From an uncultured virus (IMG/VR IMGVR_UViG_2822368973_000001) (lineage: Duplodnaviria; Heunggongvirae; Uroviricota; Caudoviricetes), in IMG/VR virus record IMGVR_UViG_2822368973_000001, positions 50,683-70,682 of that record: a stretch of 20,000 nucleotides of DNA. One strand, given 5' to 3'. Positions 1 to 9,371 of the stretch are shown in pieces. Positions within the stretch are counted from its first letter, which is position 1; the number at the start of each line of letters is the position of its first letter. Under the pieces are notes generated by a model that was not told the DNA's origin, searched no databases, and saw only the letters and a list, made by a program, of their open reading frames with translations. The position numbers and the translations under genes were made by a program.

Positions 1-2
1 TA

Positions 3-113
3 TTTGATTATGGTTCTTTACCAGATTTATCATTTCCTCGGGTAAATCAAGATGCAAATCACTATTATATCCAGCGTCCAGCCAAAACATGGTCTGTGAC
101 GCGCGTGAACTAG
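3..113 (+). CDS. 3' end of an upstream operon gene (partial)
   Basis: Frame 3 is open from the window edge (FDYGSLPDLSFPRVNQDANHYYIQRPAKTWSVTRVN*). Its TAG at 111-113 abuts the GGGGTGA RBS of the next gene. Confidence 0.55.
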   Translation, partial: FDYGSLPDLSFPRVNQDANHYYIQRPAKTWSVTRVN

Positions 114-123
114 GGGTGATTCT

Positions 124-507
124 ATGATAATGCAAAAAAACTTATATGATCCAATCATGTATTTGATGAAAGGATTAATTGACAGGCAAATATATACCGG
201 TGGTAAACCAATGCCTGGTAATGACCCAAACGATGTATTTAAAGAAGGTATGACAGAAGGTTACACCCTCATTCGTGATGGTGCTCGTTTGTCTGCAGTT
301 GATGGAGATAAATATTTACACTATGATGTAGCCTTTAATTCACAAGGTATGCTAGAAAAAGTTCTTATCTCTCATAAAGTAACCGGAAAAGAGATGGAGA
401 TACAATTAATATATAATGCACAAAAACAATTGGAACGTGTGCAGCCGCGACTTCTTAATAAAGGTAACGGTATACTATCTGATTTACCAATTCCCGATGT
501 GTCGTAA
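124..507 (+). CDS. Hypothetical protein of the phage-like structural operon (127 aa)
   Basis: ORF with a GGGGTGA RBS, co-oriented and tightly packed with its neighbours. No recognisable motif. Confidence 0.75.
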   Translation: MIMQKNLYDPIMYLMKGLIDRQIYTGGKPMPGNDPNDVFKEGMTEGYTLIRDGARLSAVDGDKYLHYDVAFNSQGMLEKVLISHKVTGKEMEIQLIYNAQKQLERVQPRLLNKGNGILSDLPIPDVS

Positions 508-526
508 TGATGCACGGGAATTTTTT
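489..526 (+). terminator. Intra-operon hairpin with U-tract (weak terminator/attenuator candidate)
   Basis: AATTCCCG...CGGGAATT stem with a G-U-rich inner stem, ending in TTTTTT. It overlaps the stop codon at 505-507. Confidence 0.45.
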
Positions 527-545
527 AATACAAGAAAAAGGGTGA

Positions 546-926
546 TTGCTCTTGTTTGAAACAACCTATTTAGCCGGTGGCCGATTAGATCCACCTTTTC
601 ATCCGACTAAAACAGAACCATTCATACCTGGTTTCATTATGGATTCTACATCATTTAAAACCGATGAAAAGAAATATACATTACCTGCAGACATGGAGAT
701 TTATGCAGTTAGTGTTAGTTCTTCTATTTACGAATTAGATGATAAATGGGATTTAATCGTGAACGGGCAAACCATTTGCCAAGATATTTATACAAAGCGG
801 ATCCCGGAAGGTATGCATTTTATGGTTTATAAAGCAGTAAAAGCAGGAGACACAATTGTATTTCGATTCCATAATCAAGGAATTCTTGATAAAACAGTTT
901 GGTTTGAATTGCACTTTTTAAGATAA
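546..926 (+). CDS. Hypothetical 126-aa protein, paralog of 939-1316
   Basis: TTG start after AAGGGTGA. It shares YxAGGRxDxPxxPTKTEPFIxG, D.W.L.+NGQ, PEG..F and F.+HN with the next ORF. Confidence 0.85.
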   Translation: MLLFETTYLAGGRLDPPFHPTKTEPFIPGFIMDSTSFKTDEKKYTLPADMEIYAVSVSSSIYELDDKWDLIVNGQTICQDIYTKRIPEGMHFMVYKAVKAGDTIVFRFHNQGILDKTVWFELHFLR

Positions 927-938
927 GGAGGCGTATTG

Positions 939-1316
939 ATGAGTTTTGCTGTTGCCTATATGGCTGGTGGAAGATTCGACGCACCTTACTTCCCAACAAA
1001 AACAGAGCCATTCATACAAGGGCGAAGAGTTGGTATACATGATGAAATTCATGTAGATAAGTTTTCATTACCATTCGAAACAGAAATGATTGCTTTTTCT
1101 GTAGCTGCTTCACATTACAGTGACTCGGACTACTGGAATTTATTTATTAATGGCCAACAAGTATTTAAAGAGGTTTATGTAAAAGATGTGCCGGAGGGAT
1201 TTAATTTCTCCATTGTAAAACCTATACCTGCTAATGCAGAGCTAAAGTTCGAATACCACAATGCATCCGCAGAGAAAAAGGCTATATGGCTTAATTACCA
1301 ACTATTAAGAGATTAG
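939..1316 (+). CDS. Hypothetical ~125-aa protein, paralog of 546-926
   Basis: AAGGAGG RBS; ATG at 939 (TTG at 936 is the alternative). Colinear similarity with the preceding ORF. Confidence 0.85.
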   Translation: MSFAVAYMAGGRFDAPYFPTKTEPFIQGRRVGIHDEIHVDKFSLPFETEMIAFSVAASHYSDSDYWNLFINGQQVFKEVYVKDVPEGFNFSIVKPIPANAELKFEYHNASAEKKAIWLNYQLLRD

Positions 1317-1329
1317 GAGCGTGTAATAG

Positions 1330-2682
1330 ATGGCATACGTTGAAAAAATGTATACAGAAGGCGAATTCCAAGACGAAATTGTTAAATTGGTAATCGCTAA
1401 CGGATGGAAGAAAGTAAAATCATTTTTCAGAGCTGTTTATCCAGATATGGAACAAAAATCTGACGATGATACAAAATTTGAATTTGGCATGAGTAAACAC
1501 ATGTTAGTGAAGAACAATAGCGGTTCTATTTATGGAATTGCTCAAATTTCAAAATGGTCACTTAAAAAGTCAGAGATTAAATACAACTTCACAAATGAAG
1601 AAGGAAAGAAAGCTTTTGCCGAAGACGGTAAAAAACGTCTAGAAAGTGGCAGGGATCGTTCTTGTTTTTATGTTTATATGATTGAAAAAGAACCAAGCGT
1701 TGCTGATGAAGGTATACTTGTTCTTCCTTATGAATCTAATAAATTTGAAAAAATATTATTAGATGTGGAATTAACTAAGATAACAGTTACTACAAAAGTA
1801 AGTCCAGGTGGTGGCGGTAGTACTTACAAAATTTACTCTTACGATGAAGCGGAGACACAAGTCATGATGTCCCCTTGGGTAAAGGTAACATTACGAAATA
1901 CGAATTTACAAGGTATCAACGCTCAAACAAATTGGTGGCCGGATTCATTGGTCCGGATTAATGGCCAAGTTGATGAAAGCCGTGTTGTTTTATTAATACA
2001 AGCTGATAATACACCAGCCTTTGAAAACAACGTAGTTCCAGTTACACCGCTTTATATGGGCCAATTAGAAAGTTACGCTAATGATGATACATTAGGTGAT
2101 GCATTATGGGCAGGAACAGCTTTTGATACAGGTAATGAAGAAGCATCACATAAATTCGATTTTAACGATACGAAACCATATAGAAATGTAGAAAACTACA
2201 TGCCTGTCATGAAGTCTTATCCACGTTCCCCTGGTAATGGTATTGATAACGTGATTATTAAACGTTCAAGATTAGGAGCAAGGTACCAGGCTCATTTTAT
2301 TGCTTGGAATGTAGCGCCTAATGCAATGCCACCAGATCGCGTTGGTAAAGATGGCGGTCAATATTCACTAGCATGGCAATCACAAGATAATGACGAATAC
2401 AAATATCAATTTAACCCGTCTGTTTATAGCAATAAAGTACATACTTCACGCGCTTATATTGTTCATCCAGATGAAGGTGTACGTGGATATTTACCTTATA
2501 TGATCCTATTGTCTCCACTAGGTCTATTAAATGGCGATAGATTAAAAGTTAGAAAGAATACTTGTCCGGATTCGCACGACATTTACAAATTCTTTAATGT
2601 AGATGCTATTTCACCAATTACAAAAAGACCAGCTACTGCGTATCGTCCTGCTGGATTAGGTATTTTTGAGAAAACAGTATAA
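1330..2682 (+). CDS. Putative virion-like structural protein (450 aa), paralog family member 1
   Basis: AGGAG RBS. N-terminal KLVIANGW and C-terminal FNPSVYS...YIVHP..G.+G.L...GD...Y motifs are shared with 2697-4433. Confidence 0.75.
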   Translation: MAYVEKMYTEGEFQDEIVKLVIANGWKKVKSFFRAVYPDMEQKSDDDTKFEFGMSKHMLVKNNSGSIYGIAQISKWSLKKSEIKYNFTNEEGKKAFAEDGKKRLESGRDRSCFYVYMIEKEPSVADEGILVLPYESNKFEKILLDVELTKITVTTKVSPGGGGSTYKIYSYDEAETQVMMSPWVKVTLRNTNLQGINAQTNWWPDSLVRINGQVDESRVVLLIQADNTPAFENNVVPVTPLYMGQLESYANDDTLGDALWAGTAFDTGNEEASHKFDFNDTKPYRNVENYMPVMKSYPRSPGNGIDNVIIKRSRLGARYQAHFIAWNVAPNAMPPDRVGKDGGQYSLAWQSQDNDEYKYQFNPSVYSNKVHTSRAYIVHPDEGVRGYLPYMILLSPLGLLNGDRLKVRKNTCPDSHDIYKFFNVDAISPITKRPATAYRPAGLGIFEKTV

Positions 2683-2696
2683 AGGAGTGTACATAT

Positions 2697-4433
2697 ATGT
2701 GGTTTGATAAAGTCGTATATTTACAAACATTACCACAAGAATTAGAAAAACTATTTGCTGATAACGGTTGGAAACGAACGCTATTTTTCCAAATTAAGAG
2801 CGGCATTTCAAAATTTATTGATGTAAGGTTGTTTGAATCATTAGGAAGTGATGGAGAACGCAGAAGATTCGGTATAGCAAATGCGTATGACACTGCTGAT
2901 TCTGATTTCACTGATAGCCGGTTTATTTCTGCAGATTCTCCACTAGGTAAATTAGGGATGGGAGATGGAGTGAAGAAAGACTTCTCTATCCCTGTTTCTC
3001 CTGTTCTTGGCCCTTCTGTCATTGTATATGTAAATGGGTTTGAACAAGAGAAGAGTAAATATAAGGTGGATGCAACTACAGGAAAAGTAACATTTACTAC
3101 CGCTATTGCAAAAGGCGATAAAGTAACATGCGAATATAGATTAGCTACCAACACATACGAGCCAAACAATGACATGCTGCTATTTACTTTTAATCGATAC
3201 TTTATTGAAAAAGAGATCCTTTCCGGTGATAAATCAGGGGAATTAGGAAAAGGAAATGGAACGAAAAAGAACTTCGCATTGCCATTCCCTAACTTTGACG
3301 AAAGCAGGACCATAGTTTACAAGGATAATACTATTGTTGATCCTAGCGAGTATTCGTTCACTGAAACGGAAATTGTATTTAATAGCGCACCTGCAGCAGA
3401 TACCACAATTAAGATTAGCGGTATTTATTTCTTATTACCAAAAGAAGACGGAACACTGGATACATTAACAGCAAAAACAAGTTTCGATGTACAAAAGATG
3501 GAAAGTATTATGGGCGAAGTATATTCTACGATCAATTTTGTGAACCCATCCCCTTATACATCAATTAGTTTTACACCGGAGCAGCGTTTCTCTAAAGAAT
3601 TAAATCGCGACTCTGTTGTTTATCTGTATGGGAACGCAAACAAGGACCGCTTAATTATGTTTATGCGTGTAGATCCAACACCAAATCCAGTTCGTGCATT
3701 ATTTGTTCCGTTGTATATCGGTAAATTATATACATTCGATGTTGCACCAAGAAAAAACATGATTATTTTAAGCGGCTGCAGACCAGGCGACCAATTTGTA
3801 TATTCACCAAATAAGAAAATTGGTAATGCGCCACTTGATTACGGTTCTGATACATCAAACGGAAACGAAACGGTTCAATTATCACAATCAAGCACAGGAG
3901 CCATGTACCAACACCATTATTTAGCTTTCATTACTCATGATATGTCAGTAGATAGTGGACAAGGACGCTTTAACCCATCGGTATATAGTGGTAAATATCA
4001 TTTATCTCAAATTTATATTGTTCATCCAAACGATGGATATGTTGGAAAGCTAGATGATGTTTATGCAGTTCATCCAAAGAATATCCAGCAAGCCGACGAA
4101 CTAGAAATTGAAAAAACAGTCGTAGATGAAGTACTCGGACAAGGTGACGGACACCGTAAAGTATTTCATCTAGAACATAAGCCAAAGGGCGAAACGTTAA
4201 GATTATTCATTTCATGTAAAGAAGTAGAAAAAGCGGATTATGTATACAATGCAGAAGATAAGACCGTTACATTTAACGAAGCACCGGTTATTGGTTCTGA
4301 AATCACAGGCGCTTATGAAATGGCTCAATTATATCGTTACACATTACCGACAACGCCCGTTTGTCCTATGACACAAGCGAAAGCAACACCATTTAATCCA
4401 ATTGGTTTAGCGATCTACAAAGAAGATATTTAA
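2697..4433 (+). CDS. Putative virion-like structural protein (578 aa) with three inserted G(D/N)G..K.F beta-rich domains (DUF2460-like), paralog family member 2
   Basis: AAAGGAG RBS. Repeats LGMGDGVKKDF...VTFTTA, LGKGNGTKKNF...IVFNSAP and LGQGDGHRKVF...VTFNEAP. The FNPSVYS/YIVHP core is shared with 1330-2682. Confidence 0.75.
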   Translation: MWFDKVVYLQTLPQELEKLFADNGWKRTLFFQIKSGISKFIDVRLFESLGSDGERRRFGIANAYDTADSDFTDSRFISADSPLGKLGMGDGVKKDFSIPVSPVLGPSVIVYVNGFEQEKSKYKVDATTGKVTFTTAIAKGDKVTCEYRLATNTYEPNNDMLLFTFNRYFIEKEILSGDKSGELGKGNGTKKNFALPFPNFDESRTIVYKDNTIVDPSEYSFTETEIVFNSAPAADTTIKISGIYFLLPKEDGTLDTLTAKTSFDVQKMESIMGEVYSTINFVNPSPYTSISFTPEQRFSKELNRDSVVYLYGNANKDRLIMFMRVDPTPNPVRALFVPLYIGKLYTFDVAPRKNMIILSGCRPGDQFVYSPNKKIGNAPLDYGSDTSNGNETVQLSQSSTGAMYQHHYLAFITHDMSVDSGQGRFNPSVYSGKYHLSQIYIVHPNDGYVGKLDDVYAVHPKNIQQADELEIEKTVVDEVLGQGDGHRKVFHLEHKPKGETLRLFISCKEVEKADYVYNAEDKTVTFNEAPVIGSEITGAYEMAQLYRYTLPTTPVCPMTQAKATPFNPIGLAIYKEDI

Positions 4434-4454
4434 GCATAAGGGGGTAGCAGAAGA

Positions 4455-6968
4455 ATGAGTGAAAAAGTTTATTCTATTGCTTCCCCTTCTATATGTACCA
4501 AAGAAAAAAGTCATGTTGTTGTCGTTGGTTCTGGACCAGATCGGAATGAAAAAGTTTATTCTTTTTCTATTACACCAGCGGATACAGAAAACAAAAATGA
4601 TGTTGATTATCCAATTTGCATTGCTCCTTATGCGAGATATAAAGCTGTTAAAGAAGATAACGCAGGAGTAACCGCTACAAAAGTAAGAGCAAAAGGGATT
4701 TTAACAGATGTTGTAGAGAATGCATTGCGACAAATAGAGGTAGAAGCCTACATTTCAAATACAACTGATTTTGATTTAAATCGAAATATAAATGTGGCCA
4801 ATATTGAAATGCAGCATTCCCAACGAATGGACAGTATTTCTGTTCAACTAATTTCTGCAGAAGAATCACCACAACATAGACGAATTTTCGATATAAACCA
4901 TATCGAAGGGGTAGAGAGCGAAAAACCAAGTGAGATAGAAGTAATGGTACACGCTTCTGATGAAACAAATCTTATAACGAATGAATATGAAGTTGCACCG
5001 ATCATAAAGCAGGATTTACTAAAAGGTAAGTTACGTGAATTCGCTGCAGGTGTGGAAGTATTACCGGAATGGGTAAATGTTGCGCGTATTGTATACGGTG
5101 AGGGTTTTTATAATGATCTTATGGCCGACAGAGTTACAACGGATTATGAAGCTGTTTCAATGCATAATGATACGAGCGATATTGTTACCAGGGAGCTAAA
5201 AGCTACACATGCAGAAGTTACTTTATCTACTGCAGTTCCAAATATATATCCTGTATCTATTGTCGAAAATGAAACTGGTGATGTACAGCAAAAAGAAATA
5301 CTTCTTCATGCCCCGGCACAATTCGAATTTGGTACAAAAGAACGAGAAGTTAAAGGGATTATAGAAGAATTTGATTTGTTCAATGGTATGGGTATACCGG
5401 TTTATCTTCCTGATTATGATTTATTTGCTCGTATGCAAAGAGACATTGGAACCTCTGTTGCTACACAATATGAATCGAACCGCTTAGAAGAAATAGAAAG
5501 CGTGAACCTGCTCCCTTATGAAAATATAGAAAGCGCGTATTTAATTCGTGACATAGATGTAGAGCGAATTCACCTGGATCACTCTATTCGAACAAAGGAA
5601 CTTGCTGCAGATGTTATTGCAAGTAATGAAGTAAGCAAGAAAATAAATGTATTTGATACTGAAAGAAATGAAGCTGCATCATTTACAAGAACAAAAGAAC
5701 AGTATGCGAATGTAGATACAACACACGCATTTGAACGTATCGTAGAAACACTTGATTCTGTTTATGCCGATCAACAAGAATTTGCAAATAAAGAAAATGT
5801 ATTTACTGCAGCTGTAGAGGTAGGACAAGAAGTTAAAAATGCTTCACGGGTATTATCTGTTAAAGATATTTCCGGAACTGACGATGCAAATAAATCGCAA
5901 AACATATTCGAGATACAGACAATTGTCGCAGAAGAAGCAGAGAGATTACATGAAATAAATGCCGGTATTTCTACTGCAGATTATTCTCATCGTATCTTAA
6001 AAGAATTACAAGGCGTATCGCCAGACGTTACTTTTGCAGAAGTGAAAAATGAGTTGCAAGCAACTGTAGTTGAACTGGATCAAGCAGATATAGAAGATAC
6101 TGCAGTACTTACACATGTAGATGAAATTTCTTCATTCGGATTAAAAGAACGCTTAATTATTACACATGTAGATACTAATGAAGTTGCCAATAAAACAGAA
6201 AAAGAATTTCAAGCTAACATAGAAGAGTTTGATTTATTTGAGGGCCTTGGTATTCCTGTATATCTTCCAGAATTCGATTTGTTCGGCCGTGTTCAAAAAG
6301 AACTAGAAACACGTATAACTTTATTTAATAATTCATCTAAATCATTAAATGTGATGCAGATGAAACTAGATCAAACAATTGAATCTGAAAAAGCAATAAA
6401 AGAACATACAACTGCAGTAATTGGAGAAGTGGCTTCTGACATCGTTCCAGTTATCTTAGATACTGCACATATATCATTAGATATTTCTTATAAACAGGAT
6501 ACACAACAAGCTCTTATTACAGAGCAAGAAGCCTTTACCGGTATACGTGAATTTGAAAGCGGAATTATCTCTGATATAACACCAGCCGATAAAGAAGTTA
6601 TAACGAGAGATACAAATGTAATTGCAACTGTAGATGCAGCACGGGAATCTGAACGATATGCAATCGTTAGTGAACAAGAATTATTAGAGCGACAGGCTAG
6701 TGTAGACGCTGTGACTAACGAAGTTGATACATTTGATAGGGAACATGAATTAGAAAGTGTTGCAGAGGAATATGAACAGTTTGAACGTATGCCAGAACGA
6801 GAATCAGTTCTAGAGGATAATGCACTATTCAAAATGGAGAGAGTACTAGATACAGAAAAACCAGATGAATTACTAGTGATTGAAAAAGAGAATAATGATC
6901 CGAAGTTATGGCTGCGACATAGTCGCCAATCGTGGTGGACAAATTCAAACTGGAAGAAAACAAGATAA
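4455..6968 (+). CDS. Large acidic protein with internal duplication (837 aa), function unknown
   Basis: AAGGGGG RBS; very E/D/V/I/T-rich. IEEFDLFxGxGIPVYLPxxDLFxRxQ occurs at residues 303 and 589. Basic, Trp-rich C-terminus. Confidence 0.8.
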   Translation: MSEKVYSIASPSICTKEKSHVVVVGSGPDRNEKVYSFSITPADTENKNDVDYPICIAPYARYKAVKEDNAGVTATKVRAKGILTDVVENALRQIEVEAYISNTTDFDLNRNINVANIEMQHSQRMDSISVQLISAEESPQHRRIFDINHIEGVESEKPSEIEVMVHASDETNLITNEYEVAPIIKQDLLKGKLREFAAGVEVLPEWVNVARIVYGEGFYNDLMADRVTTDYEAVSMHNDTSDIVTRELKATHAEVTLSTAVPNIYPVSIVENETGDVQQKEILLHAPAQFEFGTKEREVKGIIEEFDLFNGMGIPVYLPDYDLFARMQRDIGTSVATQYESNRLEEIESVNLLPYENIESAYLIRDIDVERIHLDHSIRTKELAADVIASNEVSKKINVFDTERNEAASFTRTKEQYANVDTTHAFERIVETLDSVYADQQEFANKENVFTAAVEVGQEVKNASRVLSVKDISGTDDANKSQNIFEIQTIVAEEAERLHEINAGISTADYSHRILKELQGVSPDVTFAEVKNELQATVVELDQADIEDTAVLTHVDEISSFGLKERLIITHVDTNEVANKTEKEFQANIEEFDLFEGLGIPVYLPEFDLFGRVQKELETRITLFNNSSKSLNVMQMKLDQTIESEKAIKEHTTAVIGEVASDIVPVILDTAHISLDISYKQDTQQALITEQEAFTGIREFESGIISDITPADKEVITRDTNVIATVDAARESERYAIVSEQELLERQASVDAVTNEVDTFDREHELESVAEEYEQFERMPERESVLEDNALFKMERVLDTEKPDELLVIEKENNDPKLWLRHSRQSWWTNSNWKKTR

Positions 6969-6983
6969 AGAGAAGGTGGTAAA

Positions 6984-8963
6984 ATGGCAAGTCAATTAGG
7001 AAAAAACCTATTGCAACCAGAACCAGGGTGGACTCGTGAACATTGCACTTTAGAGAATGCAAAGCCAGGTAAGTTTTTTTCAAATGTAGACTTAACCGGC
7101 AATATTACAGGAGATAAATGGCGTGTAGTTGGGGATTCTAGCAGTTTAGAGCGGAATAGTTCCTGGTATGTCGGTGACTCTTTAGGTCGTTCATTTTATT
7201 TTAAATTTACAGGGACCGCATTGCGTATATTATTGAAAAATTTTACAACTCATGCATTTAACATTACTGTCACTATAGATAATATAAGATATGTTGGTTG
7301 GGTACCAGCTTATTCTGCTGAATACTCTCTTGTCGTATTTGAGCAACTTAATCTAATTAAGGGTGAACATAACGTTAAAGTAACTACAGAAGGAAGGGCT
7401 TCTGGTGCACCTGGATCTGCTTATACGTTTTTAACTGCTATTGATTACGCAGATTTAGGCGCTAAAGTTGGTGGTGTATTAAAAGAACCGGAACCTGGTT
7501 GGAAGCGATTTGATGATACGGATAGCAATATTCGGTACACAGGTCCTTGGTTTCATAATAGTAATGCGGTAGGTGACTCTAATAATACGTTGTCATACAA
7601 GAACTCAGATCATGGTACTGAACCTACAAAATGCGAGTTCGTATTTTCTGGAAAGGGAATTCGCATTATTTCTAAATACATCAATAGTACAAGTTACAGA
7701 GATCCAATAAAAATCACTATAGACGGTTCTTCTGAAACTTACACACTTTCTCCAAAATCAGCTATTCTTCAATGTTTAGTTTATGAGAAATTGGACATTG
7801 CACCTGGAATTCATACAGTTGTAATTGAAGCTCAAGATAATATTATAGATGCTATTGACGTATTACAGGGAGAATTACTATCACCAGATTTAATTAAAAA
7901 GCCTAAAGTATCCTTGTATGAAAAAGAAAGTGGAAAAATATTTGTAGATGATTTTGATTCTATAAATCCCAAATGGCTTATGTCACCATCAAATACATTT
8001 AACAATGTTGTTAAAAAAGGATTCCTACGTATGAATCATTCTGCAGATAAAGACGTTATGCTTTTAATCGATAAACAACAAAGTAACTTTGCAATCCAGA
8101 TTATTGCGGACTACGCTCCTACAAAAGAAGGAGATGAAGGCGGCTTACTGATTTATCAAAATGAAAAGAATAAAGTTGAGTTTCTTGAATCCTATTCTTC
8201 TAATAGTTCACAAAGCAATAAAGAGTGGATGGCGATATGTAAGGAAGATCAATGGGACTTTTACACAAAGACAGATACATTTTTTGATTATACGGATAAC
8301 GATTCATTAGCAGCAAAAAGAATTGGTGTTGTTTTAAAAAGAGGAACTGCAGAGGGATTTGTACCGCTAGACATCAATAAAATTATTATGACAACAAGCA
8401 ACATGTTACGTCTGCGCCAACTATATGAAAATTATAAGGTTGTATTAAAAGATACTGCAGATAATATCCTGTCTACTAACATTGTAGCTGCAGCTCATAC
8501 AGGGATTGATATTCTACTTCCTTCTTTAGAGTTCGAGGGAATCATAGAAATATATGATGAAGAAAACGAACTACTAGCAAAGAAACAAGCTACCTTCTAT
8601 GGTGGGGATATGTATTGTATGGGTTCATCCCTACAAATCAAAATGAATAGTGCAGAATTAAATACAACAGATCCAACGAATTTAGGTTACATGGTGAATA
8701 ATGAGCGCATTGTAAAAATGACAATCGTAAATAATAACATCGGCGCTGCTACAAATATAAAACTATCCATACAGCAGTACATGGAGAAAATCGGTTACAC
8801 CTGGGCGCTTATTTCATTAGATGGTATTAACTATTTGAATGAAATACAGATTGATTCAGTAGCTGCACAAAGTACTCGTGATTTTTGGGTAAAGGTTGTG
8901 AAGGATACAAATTTCCTAGCATTTGAACCAATTTATTTTAATATTCATCTAAAACATAATTGA
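6984..8963 (+). CDS. Candidate adhesin / receptor-binding protein with two PEPGW-initiated beta-sandwich repeats (659 aa)
   Basis: GAAGGTGG RBS. Two modules begin LxxPEPGW and contain F.F.G..+RI+...I.+TID...V+E.L.+..G.H.V.+...AID, resembling galactose-binding-like jelly-roll domains (inference). Confidence 0.65.
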   Translation: MASQLGKNLLQPEPGWTREHCTLENAKPGKFFSNVDLTGNITGDKWRVVGDSSSLERNSSWYVGDSLGRSFYFKFTGTALRILLKNFTTHAFNITVTIDNIRYVGWVPAYSAEYSLVVFEQLNLIKGEHNVKVTTEGRASGAPGSAYTFLTAIDYADLGAKVGGVLKEPEPGWKRFDDTDSNIRYTGPWFHNSNAVGDSNNTLSYKNSDHGTEPTKCEFVFSGKGIRIISKYINSTSYRDPIKITIDGSSETYTLSPKSAILQCLVYEKLDIAPGIHTVVIEAQDNIIDAIDVLQGELLSPDLIKKPKVSLYEKESGKIFVDDFDSINPKWLMSPSNTFNNVVKKGFLRMNHSADKDVMLLIDKQQSNFAIQIIADYAPTKEGDEGGLLIYQNEKNKVEFLESYSSNSSQSNKEWMAICKEDQWDFYTKTDTFFDYTDNDSLAAKRIGVVLKRGTAEGFVPLDINKIIMTTSNMLRLRQLYENYKVVLKDTADNILSTNIVAAAHTGIDILLPSLEFEGIIEIYDEENELLAKKQATFYGGDMYCMGSSLQIKMNSAELNTTDPTNLGYMVNNERIVKMTIVNNNIGAATNIKLSIQQYMEKIGYTWALISLDGINYLNEIQIDSVAAQSTRDFWVKVVKDTNFLAFEPIYFNIHLKHN

Positions 8964-8975
8964 GGTGAATACAAT

Positions 8976-9356
8976 ATGGGAACTGTAATGAAATTATATA
9001 GATATACATCCGAAAGCGAGATTACACCGTCAATCCTTATTGAGAGGAATGTACAAATTACAATTGAACCAGGAAAAACTCTATATACTCCATTGGATGT
9101 AGGTTGTAACAAATACGATATTCGCACGATTCAAGTTACAAATGATTCAAACGTAGAAGCAATGCTATTTATGTACGACCAAAAAGAGAATGGGAATCAA
9201 ATCTATAAAAGCTTATCCGAAAAAAGAACGTATGATATTTTATCCATTCCTTGCGAGGATAAAGATCATACAAACAAGGCCCATCTTTATATAGAAAATA
9301 GGGGCGTAGCAAACTCTACTTTTAATGTTTCTATGAAAGCCATACGTTTAAGTTAA
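8976..9356 (+). CDS. Hypothetical 126-aa beta-rich protein
   Basis: GAGGTG RBS; within the operon. Confidence 0.8.
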   Translation: MGTVMKLYRYTSESEITPSILIERNVQITIEPGKTLYTPLDVGCNKYDIRTIQVTNDSNVEAMLFMYDQKENGNQIYKSLSEKRTYDILSIPCEDKDHTNKAHLYIENRGVANSTFNVSMKAIRLS

Positions 9357-9371
9357 GGAGGAACATATAAA

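Noticed and set aside
2633..3313. 226-aa minus-strand ORF, and the other antisense ORFs within 820-11559
   Set aside because: They lie antisense to well-supported genes with good RBSs and look like codon-bias shadows.
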